A DNA stretch of 64,000 bases from Pseudogymnoascus verrucosus (Eukaryota). Below the pieces are notes generated by a model. That model saw nothing but the letters and a program-made list of their open reading frames with translations, was not told the origin of the DNA and did no database searches. This document shows positions 25,385 to 37,475 of this stretch, one piece after another; positions within the stretch are counted from its first letter, which is position 1; each line of letters starts with the position of its first letter. The stretch lies in NCBI GenBank assembly GCA_001662655.1, contig KV460251.1; one strand, 5' to 3'. Made by a program: the position numbers and the translations under genes.

Positions 25385-26133
25385 AGGTGATGACTGCGGG
25401 GCAATATCGGGAGTTTCGCACGTCGGATGGCTGTTAGATCGGAGACTTTCGCATAAGACAGCTGAACCGTTATTCGTATTTGTGGTGTCTACGTTGTTCC
25501 GGCGTGAAAAGAAGGTTTTGGAGTGAGTGTTAAGGGGGTGCAGAGCTTCAACGTTGTTGTTGGTCGCAAGGCATAGTTTATCATGAAAGTAAACCGACCG
25601 AATCGCCGCGCCAAATTTATCTTAGCGCGGCAAGCAAGATCGCTTGCATTTATCCCCGCTTCATAGTCCCTTTGATTGTGACCCTTCCTACAGATGTTAA
25701 ATCGCCCATGGAACAGTAGATAATATATTTTTCTTTATTTATTACACATCTATATTATATCACGGGCTGATTCGCAATGTCTCTAGAGCTTTCGTTGCAT
25801 TCTATGTCTACCTTACCTGTGTCAAATATTGAGGATATAAGCTGTTTTTATTAAAAAGCTCCATAATTTACCAGTTAAAATAAGCATTTACTCAGCTTAT
25901 AATCTGAAATGGCACCTAAGACAGTAGATACTTCCAAGAGAGGGCAATTTAAACCATACCTGCCCATGATTCATTGCCTCAAATTGTACTGAACGAATAA
26001 TTGCTTAATTGAGATTTTACATTTAACAAAGCCCTAGCAACGACGGCTTTGCTTCTGCCCTTTTCTATATACACCCCAGATAGTCGAGCAAGAACTCACT
26101 GGGCTAGTCTTAAGCTTACATCGTTACATCCCT

Positions 26134-26922
26134 TCATCTCCACCTCACCCCGAAGAGCTTCGTCTTGCCCTTGCCCACAGCATTCGCTGTTCCACCCTCC
26201 AGGTAGATGGTCGGGTGTCCCTTCACATCCAGCTTCAAATATCTGTATTCAAACTCTGAGTCTGGCGAGGGGTGCTTGGTCACATGCATGCTAACGACTC
26301 CCTTATTCAATGGTCCTTCAACATTGAAGTGCATGATAATATGATCCGTGCCGGTCTTGTCCTTCTGATGACTCGAGCTAATAACAGTCAGTATTATCCA
26401 CCCAGTATGAGATTCGGCAGCTTACGCAATCGGCCTGGCAACTGCCCATTTATTATTTGTCTGCTCGCCGTAGGCTGTGATCTTCTTCGGGTCTCCCAGT
26501 AACTCCTGCACCTGGGCGTCGTCCTTGACTCTGTCCACGGCGCGGTTGAACCAGTTCGTCTTGCTGTCTAGCGCAAACACTTCTGTATACAGGAAATATC
26601 CTACACCCCCCTACTTGTCATTAGCATCTTGCCACAGCTACAAGGTTGGAGGGGGGGGACTCACTGTCAAGATGGCTCCCACGATCATAAACCCAAAATT
26701 GAACGACTGCTGTGTCGTCCTCGCAACCTTCTCGGCCGGGGACAACATGCCCCAAGGGACTCTCCCATTGTCGTTAAAGGGAGTCACTGTCTTCCTCTTG
26801 GGCTGGGGTTGTGCACTCGATGCTCCCAGTCCAGTCTGCGTCGCATACAGCCGCGCAGTAACGAGGGGTCTGATGGTCGCTGGGAGGTGCGCCAGCGTGG
26901 GCGATCTTGCGGCCGATAACAT
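26134..26922 (-). CDS. TIM21: Mitochondrial inner membrane import translocase subunit Tim21, 3 exons
   Basis: Presequence MLSAARSP...RLYAT. VPWGMLSPAEKVARTTQQSFN is followed by a TM segment, then ITAYGE...MHFNVEGP...FEYRYLKLDVKGH. Introns ~26611-26665 and ~26378-26425. Confidence 0.9.
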
Positions 26923-27456
26923 CTCCACGTATTTCTTCTTTGATTTTTAGTTGTTTACTTCCAAGGTTCGTCAAGTCATGGCGTTGAGGTTGGTGAGCCG
27001 TTGTAGTGTTCGCGGTTGCCATGCGGCTGTGACCTTCAAGATATTTCCGCCGCCTCGTTGGACCGTGCACGACCCTTCACAAGGCGGGAACCGAGTGAAC
27101 TGTCCCCAATTGACGATGGTATTCTCAAATGTTCAATAGCTAGATAGTTGCTGAAAACTAAAGCCCAAGGAATTAATTCTGTTAGCCTTTACTACAGACA
27201 CGAATAATTATAGTTCCCAGTGATTTGAAGTCGTCATTTCCATTACAGTTGTTGTAATCGCTGGATTCATATGTGGGGACCGTTCACTCGTATACATAAA
27301 GCGGCGGCCTGATCTGACCCCACCGCCCGATCCCATTTCAGGGCAGGTGTCAATAACTTTGGCCATTAAACGACCTGGCGGCGGCGACGACCACAACGAC
27401 GCCACATCGCTCAACTTATCTTATAACACCACAACTTCCCATCTCTCCCGGGCAAG

Positions 27457-29146
27457 ATGAGCGCCTTAGCCTCCAAGTCTCAATCGCTCAAGATTTTTGA
27501 GAAATTGAAGACCAAGCAAGCGAACAGGGTGAGATGTCTCCTCCCCAATGCTCCACATGCGAATTTGTGACTGACGTGACCATTACAGATATGCTTCGAC
27601 TGCGGCCAGAATAACCCGACGTGGACTTCAGTCCCGTTGGGCATCTATCTCTGCCTCGACTGCTCATCCAACCATCGTAACCTCGGTGTTCACATCTCGT
27701 TCGTGCGATCCACGAACCTTGACCGTATGTTCCCCGCCGCCCCCTTTATGGATTTAACGACGACTCACACGACAAACAGAATGGCAATGGGACCAACTCC
27801 GAATCATGAAAGTGGGCGGAAATGAGTCGGCAACGAAATTCTTCCAGACCAACGGCGGAACCGCCGCGCTCAACAGCAAGGATCCCAAGACCAAGTACAC
27901 CTCCAACGCCGCCACCAAATACAAGGAGGAGCTCAAGAAGAGGGCCGCAAAGGATGCTATAGAGTACGTCCCATCCAACCTCACACCCTACCACACCATA
28001 CAAATCAAAACTAACACACTCGCACAGATACCCCACGGAAGTCGTAATCACCGACGTCATGGGCAATGGCCCATCCGACGGCTCCTCCACCCCCGCCGGC
28101 GAACCCGACGACGACTTCTTTTCCTCCTGGGACAAGCCCGCCATCAAGCGCCCCACCCCACCCACCTCCCGCACCGCCACCCCCCCCGTAGTAGGCCGCA
28201 CTCCCTCCCCCTTCCTAACCGCCGACGGCGCTCCGCCCGCGCGCTCGCCCTCTCCGCTCGCTGGCTCCGACGCCCCCGCCCCCGCCAGCCGCGCCGTGCA
28301 CTCCTCCGCGCTGCGCAAGTCCTCTGCTGCCAGCGGCGCCCCGCGCAGGGCGAATGTGCTCGGTGGCAAGAAGCCGACGAAGTTGGGCGCGAAGAAGTTG
28401 GGTGGTGGCGATGTGATTGATTTTGATGCTGCGGAGAGGAAGGCGAAGGAGGAGGCGGAGAGGATTGAGAAGTTGGGATATGATCCTGAGGCGGAGGATG
28501 CGGCGAAGAAGACGGCCGCGAAGACGGAGTCGAAGGTTGCGAGCCCGTCGCCTGTTAGCCCTGGGCGTGGCACATATGGAAACCCGACGCCGAGGGATCG
28601 TTCGGGAAGTGATGCTGAGAAGTTGGGTATGGGAATGGCGCGTCTTGGGTTTGGACAGATTGGCGGCGGCCCGAAACCTGCTGGAGGTGCTAAGAAGATG
28701 GGCGGTTTCGGCTCGGTTGGTCCTATCAAGGCCAAGGAAGAAGGTATGCATCCCCCACCCCTCACCCACAGTCTTAACTACACCCTTGCTAACCTACCCC
28801 CCTAGATGACAGCGAGCGCTACGCCCGCCAAAAGTTCGGCGCCCAGAAGGGCATCTCCTCCGACGAATTCTTCGGCAAAGGCACCTTCGACCCCGCCGCA
28901 CAGACCGAGGCCAAGTCGCGGCTCCAAGGCTTCGAGGGCGCCAGCTCCATCTCCTCGAACGCTTATTTCGGGCGTGAGGAGGATGATGGGGGAGAGGAGG
29001 ATTATGGTGATCTTGAGAGCGCGGCGAAGGACTTTGTGAGGAAGTTTGGGGTTACGGCGGGAGATGATCTGGAGAACTTGACGCAGGTGCTTGGGGAGGG
29101 GGCGACGAAGTTGGGAGGGGCGGTTAGGGCGTATTTGAATAGTTAG
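27457..29146 (+). CDS. GLO3: ADP-ribosylation factor GTPase-activating protein Glo3, 5 exons
   Basis: [44 protein letters not shown] zinc finger, KLGAKK (BoCCS-like) region, and two Glo3 motifs ([18 protein letters not shown]). TAG at 29144-29146. Confidence 0.95.
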
Positions 29147-31202
29147 GGGGGGGAATGGTGGAAAATTGGGGGTGGGAGGGGGTGTAGAATGTTTGTGATG
29201 GGGGGGAGGAGTGATGATTGATGGATGGATGGTAGAATGTCACGTACGTCTTCGTAGTAAATGCATTGATCATGATTATAGTATTCATGCTTCCCAAGAG
29301 ACTGACGATGGGACTGCGCAGCTTGCAAACCCCATTTCTATCATATTTGGCTCCCCCAGGAAGATATTCTCTCATAAGATTACTCAACATGATCCAGCTA
29401 CTCTGCACGATGTCCTCAACACTGATAAAAGGCAGTCGCACTCAGCCAAATTGCGAAAATAAGTGTGTTCCCAACTAAATGTGTACGTTGCATATTGGGG
29501 GGTGGCAATGGTACGGGCCCCTTGCTGGCAGATGGCTAAGTCCTCAAGCATGCGGAATAGGCCCCCCCAAATAAACTCGGTGCTTCTCACAGTCGTTGCC
29601 TTCTCACCGTCTCACCGTCTCAATTCTCACCACCATCCCCTCTCACCGTCATCACTTCTCACAGTCAGTAATTCTCCCAGCCCGAACCTCAGCATCTTGA
29701 ATTCTCCGCAGCCCACCTATTATCCCTTCTGTACGTCGATGCTATCTGGGCGGCTACTTAAAATCCTCATGATCCTGTTTCCCATGTTTTGACTTGTCTC
29801 TGCCAGCTCTTTGAGCTCTTCGATGGTGGCTTTTATACAAACCATCCCCCCCGTCTTCGAGTTTTAACAACACCCCGCTCTCCACCCAACGGCCCCCCCC
29901 CAGAAAACCTCGAATCAAGGAAAGTCATAATACCGAACCTAAAGCATCACCAGTCATTTTTCACAGACTATATGATAATAAATACTTTTTCTTCCCAAGG
30001 ATCTGTTGAAGGGACCGCACACCCCACTCGCCTATCACCAACCCCCCAGCCGTTGCAAAAGAACATACCACATCTCACCCCGTGCGTTCTAATGGACTAG
30101 ATACGTATCAAGTAACAAGAAGAACTCCACGGTCGTGGGTCCGGTCTCGGCCATCTACCTCCCTTGGGTCAACTGGGACAAAGACCCCAATATCAGCCGT
30201 CTGCCCAGTGTGCAATCCCTCTCTCGCACCGATGACTCTCCCATCCTTCCCCACGAAGATGACGCCCGCCTCGAGCGTCTTGCTGCGCGGTGAAAAGAAT
30301 ACGGTGGTGAGAAGAACACGTCGGTGACGAGAATACATAGTTTCCAGAAAAAAAAAGAAAAAAAAACCCCCCCCGCGGCCTCGTGCACCGTGTGCAATCC
30401 GCCACGGGGTTCATGAGATGATCATGGGCCCTGTTTCTTGCGATTCCATAACGACAAGCCCTTCTGTTGACACGAGAGACCGCGTCTTCGGTGGTTGGCT
30501 GTGCTTATAATGGGATTTGAAGGCGGGTAAGGAAGGGGTGACAGCAGCGGTCTCCTTCCTCCACGCTGTAAGCTAGCTATCTTGATATCGCACACAGGCG
30601 GGCTCAACCCCCACAGCCATTTCTGGCACGACCTCTATTGAGCCCATGACGGTCCTAGGGTCGTTTGGCTCAGGAGAAGCTGTGCGACAAGCTGCTCTTA
30701 TATGGTACTTGGTTGTTGTGAACCCCCAGACGTCTAGCATCCCCCCTCCCCCAGACATTTCGATCTCTCACGAGCGAGTAGCAACGCAATATAATATAAT
30801 ACCCTCTCTCATTGCTATCTGCTACCCTACCCCTATTCTCATTACACACCTTCCCACCCCCTCCTCCCCTATCACTACCCCTTTCCACACCCACAGACGC
30901 ACCCTCGCGTCTAAAATATGTATATTCCCTTAAACGTTGGTATCCCCCCCACGCGCCCCATGCACTTCGAACCCTGAAACAGAAAAGAAAGTAAAGAAAG
31001 TAAAAAAAGTATAGTTTATCGATCCCCTATTAACCCAGTCCAGTCCAGCACATAATAGTGCGTTTACCCCCGCTCTTTTTCAACTTCTATGCACTAGTAT
31101 TTGCACTCCATTACCTCCCCCACCCCCTATCCCCCATAACCTCTTCCCCACAGGTCTCGAAAAACCCGTAATCCGACTCAGTGCAAGAAGACGCTTCCAC
31201 GT

Positions 31203-32900
31203 CTAAGCATGCACCAACTGCTGCACATGCGGATAAACCCCCACCATCCTATCATACAAATCCGGGTACTCATTCTGCAGCACCGCCGGATCAAACGCCA
31301 TCGCCACAAACAGGGTAGCAACACCACTCTTAATCGGCACCAAGAAGATGTTACAGATCTGCAGTCCCACCAAGAACGAGTACGCCATAATGACGGCGTA
31401 GTAGTTTGTGTCGACGATGACGTTGCCGTAGCGGAGATACAAGTACGACATCAGCACGCACACGTAGCCCACGAATACCGATCCCATAGTTAGGACGGGG
31501 TTGATGAGGCACTCATTAACCAGGGCGTCGATCCCGCGATCCTTCATCATGTGCCATGTCGATTTAGCGGCGGGGATATACGCCTTCCCGTAAAGCGCGA
31601 TGTAACTGAACGCGTACTCGTTGAAGAACTGCACGAGCCAGTTCAAGAGACTGATCAGACACCCAAGGATACAGAACATGATCTGTCCCACCATGTTACC
31701 CTGCGCCGCGGAATTCTGCTTAGCCACATTGCACGCCTGGCGGAGGAGCTGGATGATAGCCACGATCAAGCTTCCGAAGCTGATAGAGCCAAAACTGTAC
31801 GTGACCGAGCGCTTGAAAGCGCCGCGGGTCGCGCCCTTGGGGAATCCAGAGGGTTTTTGGGAGCAGAAGTACCAGGATCCGTAGACGCCGGAGATGGTGA
31901 CGTGGATGATATTCTTTAGGACCTCGGTGATCCAGTACCCAGCGAACGTGATGAAGACGATGAGCCCGATGACCTTGGCGGTCGAGCACCCGCCGTCGGC
32001 GCTGCAGGCGGCGTTGCCGGGGTTGTAGCGCGCGTACACGGCGACGAGGGTGACGGAGAACCAGGCGCCGAAGGCGGTGGCGATGAGGCCGCCGAGGAGG
32101 GAGACGATGAAGACGTGGCCGTAGTTGTTGGCGACGTCGATGACGGTCTGGAGCATCAGGACTGAGAAGGGGATGCGTGGGATCCAGGAGATGAAGCAGA
32201 TGATGTAGAAGACGGTGAAGACTAGGAAGACGATGCCGGCGGCGTATTCTTTGGCCCAGAGGTAGAAGCCAGCGGTTCCGATGCCGAAGACGATTTGGAG
32301 GATTCCGGTGATCCAGATGATTTGCTTGGTGAAGGCGCGGATGCACCAGAAGTAGGCGAAGGAGATTACGAAGGCGACAGCGAGGACGTAGGCGCTGGGG
32401 GGGAGGTGTTAGTTTGCGCGCATACGGTTTTTGAGGGGAGGAGAGGGAAAAGCTCACAATAGGACGATGGTGAGTCTGTTAAGTCCAAAGGTGTTGTTCG
32501 TAGAGCTCCCATGGCTGGTTGTCTGGTATCCATTGAGAGACAATCCCGAGACGACGACGAAGCCAGCGCAAGTCGCGAGGAAGAGGATGGCGGCCCAGAG
32601 ATCGTTCCACTTTGGCTTCGGGACCTTGAACGCCTCGTGGAACTCCTGCTTCTCGTCGGGGTTGGCCGGCGCGTTGTAGGGCGGCACCTGGTCATTGCCG
32701 GCGTTCTGGTTGTAGTCCGTCTGCTGGTAGTTCTGCTGTTGGTATGGCTGCTGTTGCTGCTGCTGCTGCTGGTAAGGTTGCTGCTGGTAATTCTGCTGCT
32801 GGTAATTCTGCTGCTGCTGGTAGTTCTGTTGTTGTCCTCCATCGGGCGCGCCGCGGAAGAACTCGTCGGCGGCACCGCCGTGAGCTTGCTGCTGTGCCAT
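31203..32900 (-). CDS. PNS1: Choline-transporter-like (CTL) membrane protein Pns1, 2 exons
   Basis: Gln-rich N-terminus, KPKWNDLWA, multiple TM segments, SFGSISFGSLIVA and FNEYAFSYIALYGKAY. Intron ~32396-32457. Confidence 0.92.
32715..32835 (-). repeat. Coding (QQQ)nNY/PY repeat in the PNS1 N-terminus
   Basis: CAG-rich units encoding QQQNYQQQQNYQQQNYQQQPYQQQQQQQQPYQQQNYQQ. Confidence 0.85.
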
Positions 32901-33753
32901 TGCGATCGGCCGAGATGGTCAATCCTCAGTTTGGAACTGAGTATATATGCGATACCGATTCTATATCGATATTGATGCCGGCGCGCGAATACCCTGACCC
33001 TTGGGGTAACTGGTGGTGGTGGTTGCTTGGGGGGAGGGAGGGGGATTGAGAAACGCGCGACGAGGGCAGGGTTCGCGGCGGGGAGATATGAGAAATTGGA
33101 CCACTGGGCGCCAATTTTTCTAGCTTCTGGTTCTCTCGCTGACTAGTGTCTGGATGCCCCTATGCGGAATTTGAGATTTCCCTGTTTGGTAAACAAGGAA
33201 TTGGGGAGTCGCCACAGGCTAGCGTCGAAGCTATGAGAGGTGGGTGGACTTGGCAGACAGGAACCAGACCCAATTGTCAGACCCAGTTGTCGGGACCCTC
33301 TTGGGTAGATTGGTAGGGTTATGGGTCTGCAATTTGTATAAATGCGATTATCGTAGGTAGATGTATGAGATGCTGTTTATTATTGAAGCATACAGAGAGT
33401 AAAATAGCCCTAAATAGGTAATAAAGTAATCGTACCAAGATATGGTCGCATCGGCGTGTCTACCTCTCTTCCTCCCCCTTCTCTTCCTCTTCAACAGGGG
33501 GGGGAGCTTTAGAGTATGACGGGTGCCAAGACTAGGCTCGGCATTCGCATATGGAGTAAAGTGAGAGCAAACGCACTGACCGGTACAACTGGCACTCTCT
33601 GGCACTTTGTTCGCTAATCTCGTGATCGACAGATGTGCGCCCGCATATGTTACTACAATGGGTTACTGCCCTTACTCGACTACTCTACTTTTACTCTACT
33701 GCTACTCTACGGCGACCCAGACCAGCTGAACGTGCTTAACGAGCGCTCGGTAC

Positions 33754-33786
33754 TGGACTGAAGTGGACTGAAGTGGACTGAAGTGG
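33754..33786. repeat. Perfect 10-bp tandem repeat (TGGACTGAAG) x3.3
   Basis: Seen directly in the PNS1/GH5 divergent intergenic region. Confidence 0.9.
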
Positions 33787-34923
33787 GAAATGATGCTCTC
33801 CACTCCGGAAGCCACCAACAAAGCTACTGACAAGCTACGGTATTATCATTCCCATACCATCCCCATACCAATCCCCATATCCCCATCTATCTCAATCCAT
33901 ACCATACCCCTCCTAGCCGTCCTTTCCGGTTTGGATATAATGCATGTGATTTCCCATCCGAAAGAGGACAGGATAGAGGAGAAGAGGAGGAGGAGGAAGT
34001 GGGATATCTCCAAGCCTCACTACGACTCTGCGCATAACGCGTATAACCTTATAACAACGGCAACTGGCGATAACATTAACCTTATTGTAGTCGGCAAATT
34101 GTGGTCAGCCATGTTGACAGCGGTTGGATGTAAATACGAGTCACGTGGTTCATACTTTATATCATGTGACGCGAATCATGTGACTTGAATATGGGATGGA
34201 CGATATTCTCACTTTATTCACACTATTACTGTATGTATAACAATATAATCACGCCGTCTACTTTCAGTCGGCATGAATATAGCGATCTCACTGTTCTTCT
34301 TACATTTCTCGTCTGACTATCCCCCAGCCTATGTTGACAACATGATGAAAGATGTGATTGGACTACATCCCCACAATCCTCCATATCACCCAGAGTTTAT
34401 ACAATATACGCCGAACACATCCATATTACCTCCCCCCCATACATGCCTGTTTCCTCTATATTCGCGATCTGCATTCCTCTTCCCCCTTCTCCTCTCAACT
34501 CCAAGCGGCACCAGCGGCACCGGCGGAATATATCCCCACGAACCCCGGATTAACACATATCAACAGCCCCTTGACCCCTGACGACGATCCCCCAAAGCCA
34601 TCATATTCCGTCCTCTAAATACGGCAATTCCCCCTCGATGCTGGGTTGGGTTTCAGATATATGCTTGTGGTCGTGGGTAATTGCAATGATGGCCATAAAA
34701 GACCATGAAAATGATTATCTATAACTTACATACTACATCTATCAATATGGCAATTGCAGGTATAATGCGGTAGGTGGCGGGGGGGTTAATCTATTTTGCC
34801 CGAATGCTTATATATATGGCCTCTTCATCGTGTTCTTTTGCTTTCTTCGGTTCTTGTTCTTTATCCCTTAGCATCCTCCTTAGTCTTCTCAAGAGGCGTA
34901 TTTCAAATAAGGTTAATCCCAAG

Positions 34924-36397
34924 ATGCTTAGCAAAACCCTCACGGCAGTGGCGCTCCTTGCCGGAAATGCGGCAGCTAAGATCTTCTACGCCGGCGTCGC
35001 AGAGAGCGGCGGCGAGTTCGGCGTCTACAGTAAGTCATCTCCATTCCTCGAGTAGAGCTCCCCCAGCTGCGAACACTTAACTAACATCCACCAGGCCCCA
35101 CGGCGGAAGTTGGATTCGGCCTCCCCGGCACCTTCGGCGTGGACTACAAGTTCATCGACGAAGCTGGTATCGACGTCTATGTGGACCAGAACAAAGTTAA
35201 CCTCTTCCGCGTCGCATTCCTGCTCGAGCGTCTCTGTCCCGTTGAGACTGGCCTCGGTGCTACGTTCAGCGAGACTGTAAGCTTTCCCCACCCCCGTTAA
35301 TCAATCACCAAGCCATAGCCGCAATACTGACCATCATCCCAACAGCACTTCTCCGAGATCGAAGACGCGGTGAACTACATCACCCTCACCAAGGGCGCCT
35401 ACTGCATTCTTGACCCGCATAATTACATGCGCTATAATGACCCGTCGCAGCAGCCTATGACGGGGAGTATCATCGGTGATACGTCTGATCCTACTGCGGC
35501 GACTACGGAGCAGTTTGGTGCGTTCTGGGGTGAGCTTGCTAGAAGGTTTGTGGATAATGAGAAGGTTATATTTGGGCTTATGAATGAGGTATGTCATGTC
35601 TTCCCAACCCAACCCAACCCAAACCCAATCACCCCTCCCCCATCCCTATCATAAGCCAAAAACAAAAACTTACTAACACTCCCCCCCAGCCCCACGATAT
35701 GGACACCAACCTCGTCCTCGCCAACGACCAAGCCGCCGTAGACGCCATCCGCGCCACCGGCGCCCTCCAACTCATTATCGCCCCTGGCAACGGCTGGACG
35801 GGCGGCCACGCCTGGACCGAAGATTACCCCGGCAACTCCCCCGCCTCGTCCGAGGTAATGCACCAGCTGTCCGACCCGGCCTCCAACCTCGCCTTCGACA
35901 TCCACGAGTACCTCGACACCGATTTCTCCGGCACGCACAGCTCGTGCGAGAACCTCGCTTCTACTGCTCTCGCCCCCTTGACCGCTTGGCTCAAAGAGCA
36001 TAATTTCAAAGCTATGATCACCGAGTTCGGCGCATCTAACGGCACACAGTGCGCGTCCTACGTGTCTGATATATTGAATTATATGGCCGATAATGAAGAG
36101 TATATTGGATGGACTGCTTGGGCGGCCGGGCCGTTTTGGGGACCGAATAGCCCTTGCTGCACTGATTCGAAGCAGTTTGGAAGCTTGGAACCGGGGAGTA
36201 AGGCGGCGGATGGGGGGGAGGGGTTGTATGATACGGTTTGGTTGGAGGAGATGCAGCCGCTTGTGCCGACGGCGGATTTGGTGTGGAGTGGGATTTCGAG
36301 CGTTAATGGGGGGGGAGGGGGGAATGGAACGGTGGGGAATGGGACGAGTCCGAATTTGGGGAGGAGGGGGGTTAGGAGGGGACCGGTGAGGTTGTGA
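34924..36397 (+). CDS. Secreted glycoside hydrolase family 5 endoglucanase (GH5_5-like), no CBM, 4 exons
   Basis: Signal peptide MLSKTLTAVALLAGNAAA, then AGVAESGGEFG, FRVAFLLERL, ILDPHNYMRY, FGLMNE|PHD (acid/base), FDIHEYLDTDFSG, ITEFGA (nucleophile) and GWTAWAAGPFW. Confidence 0.93.
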
Positions 36398-37475
36398 GGG
36401 GGGGAGTGATGTATGGGGAGATAGAGAGTTGAGGTTGGGGGATGGGGTGTATATACGGTATAGTACATACATGTTTATATTCTTATTCTAGATACATATT
36501 ACCATGGTTCTTCCATGGAGGAGTAACACATTGATGCAGTTTACGACGCCCTTAATCACATCTTTAGTGATATTAAAGAATCAGTCATGCAGAAATAGGA
36601 TACAAACATGATAGAAATGGAACACCAGGCAATGGTACGTGCTGTGCAACAATATACGAAGAACTTAAGCGGAACGGAGATTGATATGCTGCCAGCAAGA
36701 GAAAAGGCATTAGCGTGTGGAGGTCGGATCTTGTTGTCGACGGCGTGTTGCTGTCGCCAGGTCATTCTCACTGTCAAGTTGGTTGCTGTCACTGTTTTGA
36801 TATTCCTGTCGGTTTAGGATTCTCGTTCTTGGGGGAAAGGGGTGATACCGCACACGAGCCAGGATGACCAAGATTATATCCGCTGCAGTTTGTAAAAGTA
36901 GTCTCTCAAACACAGGCACGATGAAATCTATCTTTGGTGATAGTTTTGCAGCCTCATAAAATGCCCCTGAGGTGTATGCGCGCGTGTGTTTTTAAATGGG
37001 AGTGTGGCCTGCTGGTACCCCTGAGAAGCGCCTCTTACTCATGAACGCATGGCCCATCATATGGATCTGTTCACGGGAATGGGGGGATGCTATTTAGTAT
37101 TATGGTGACTGATATTATGATACAAAATCAACAACTTTGCTTCTGATAAATATTTCTCTCATTTTAGCATACACCAGAAGAACACCGTTTATGACACCTT
37201 CGAACTTACCCCTGACTTCAACTTCTCACCGCGCCGCCTCCGCTCACCCACTGGGGAAGGTAGCCCCCCAATATTTAAGTACAGAGCCTTCCAGAGTATT
37301 TTACTCACGCCTGTAGAAACCAGGGTATTTTAGAATCATCCCACCCAGTCTACTGGGCGGTGAATGTGGTTAAATAGAGCCAACGCCAGATGATTTCAAG
37401 TATGACAAGGACGAATCTTGCGTCAGATATTCAAAAATTCTGGCTCCGCGCGGTCGATATCTTACTTGAAAAACA

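Noticed and set aside
25720..25910. AT-rich patch with a 9-bp inverted repeat (TATAAGCTG/CAGCTTATA)
   Set aside because: Too short, with no clear target-site duplication or second copy to call a MITE or RIP relic.
29917..30415. GGAAAGTC and CACGGGGTTCAT resembling RNase P/MRP CR-I and CR-V
   Set aside because: The two segments cannot form the P4 helix.
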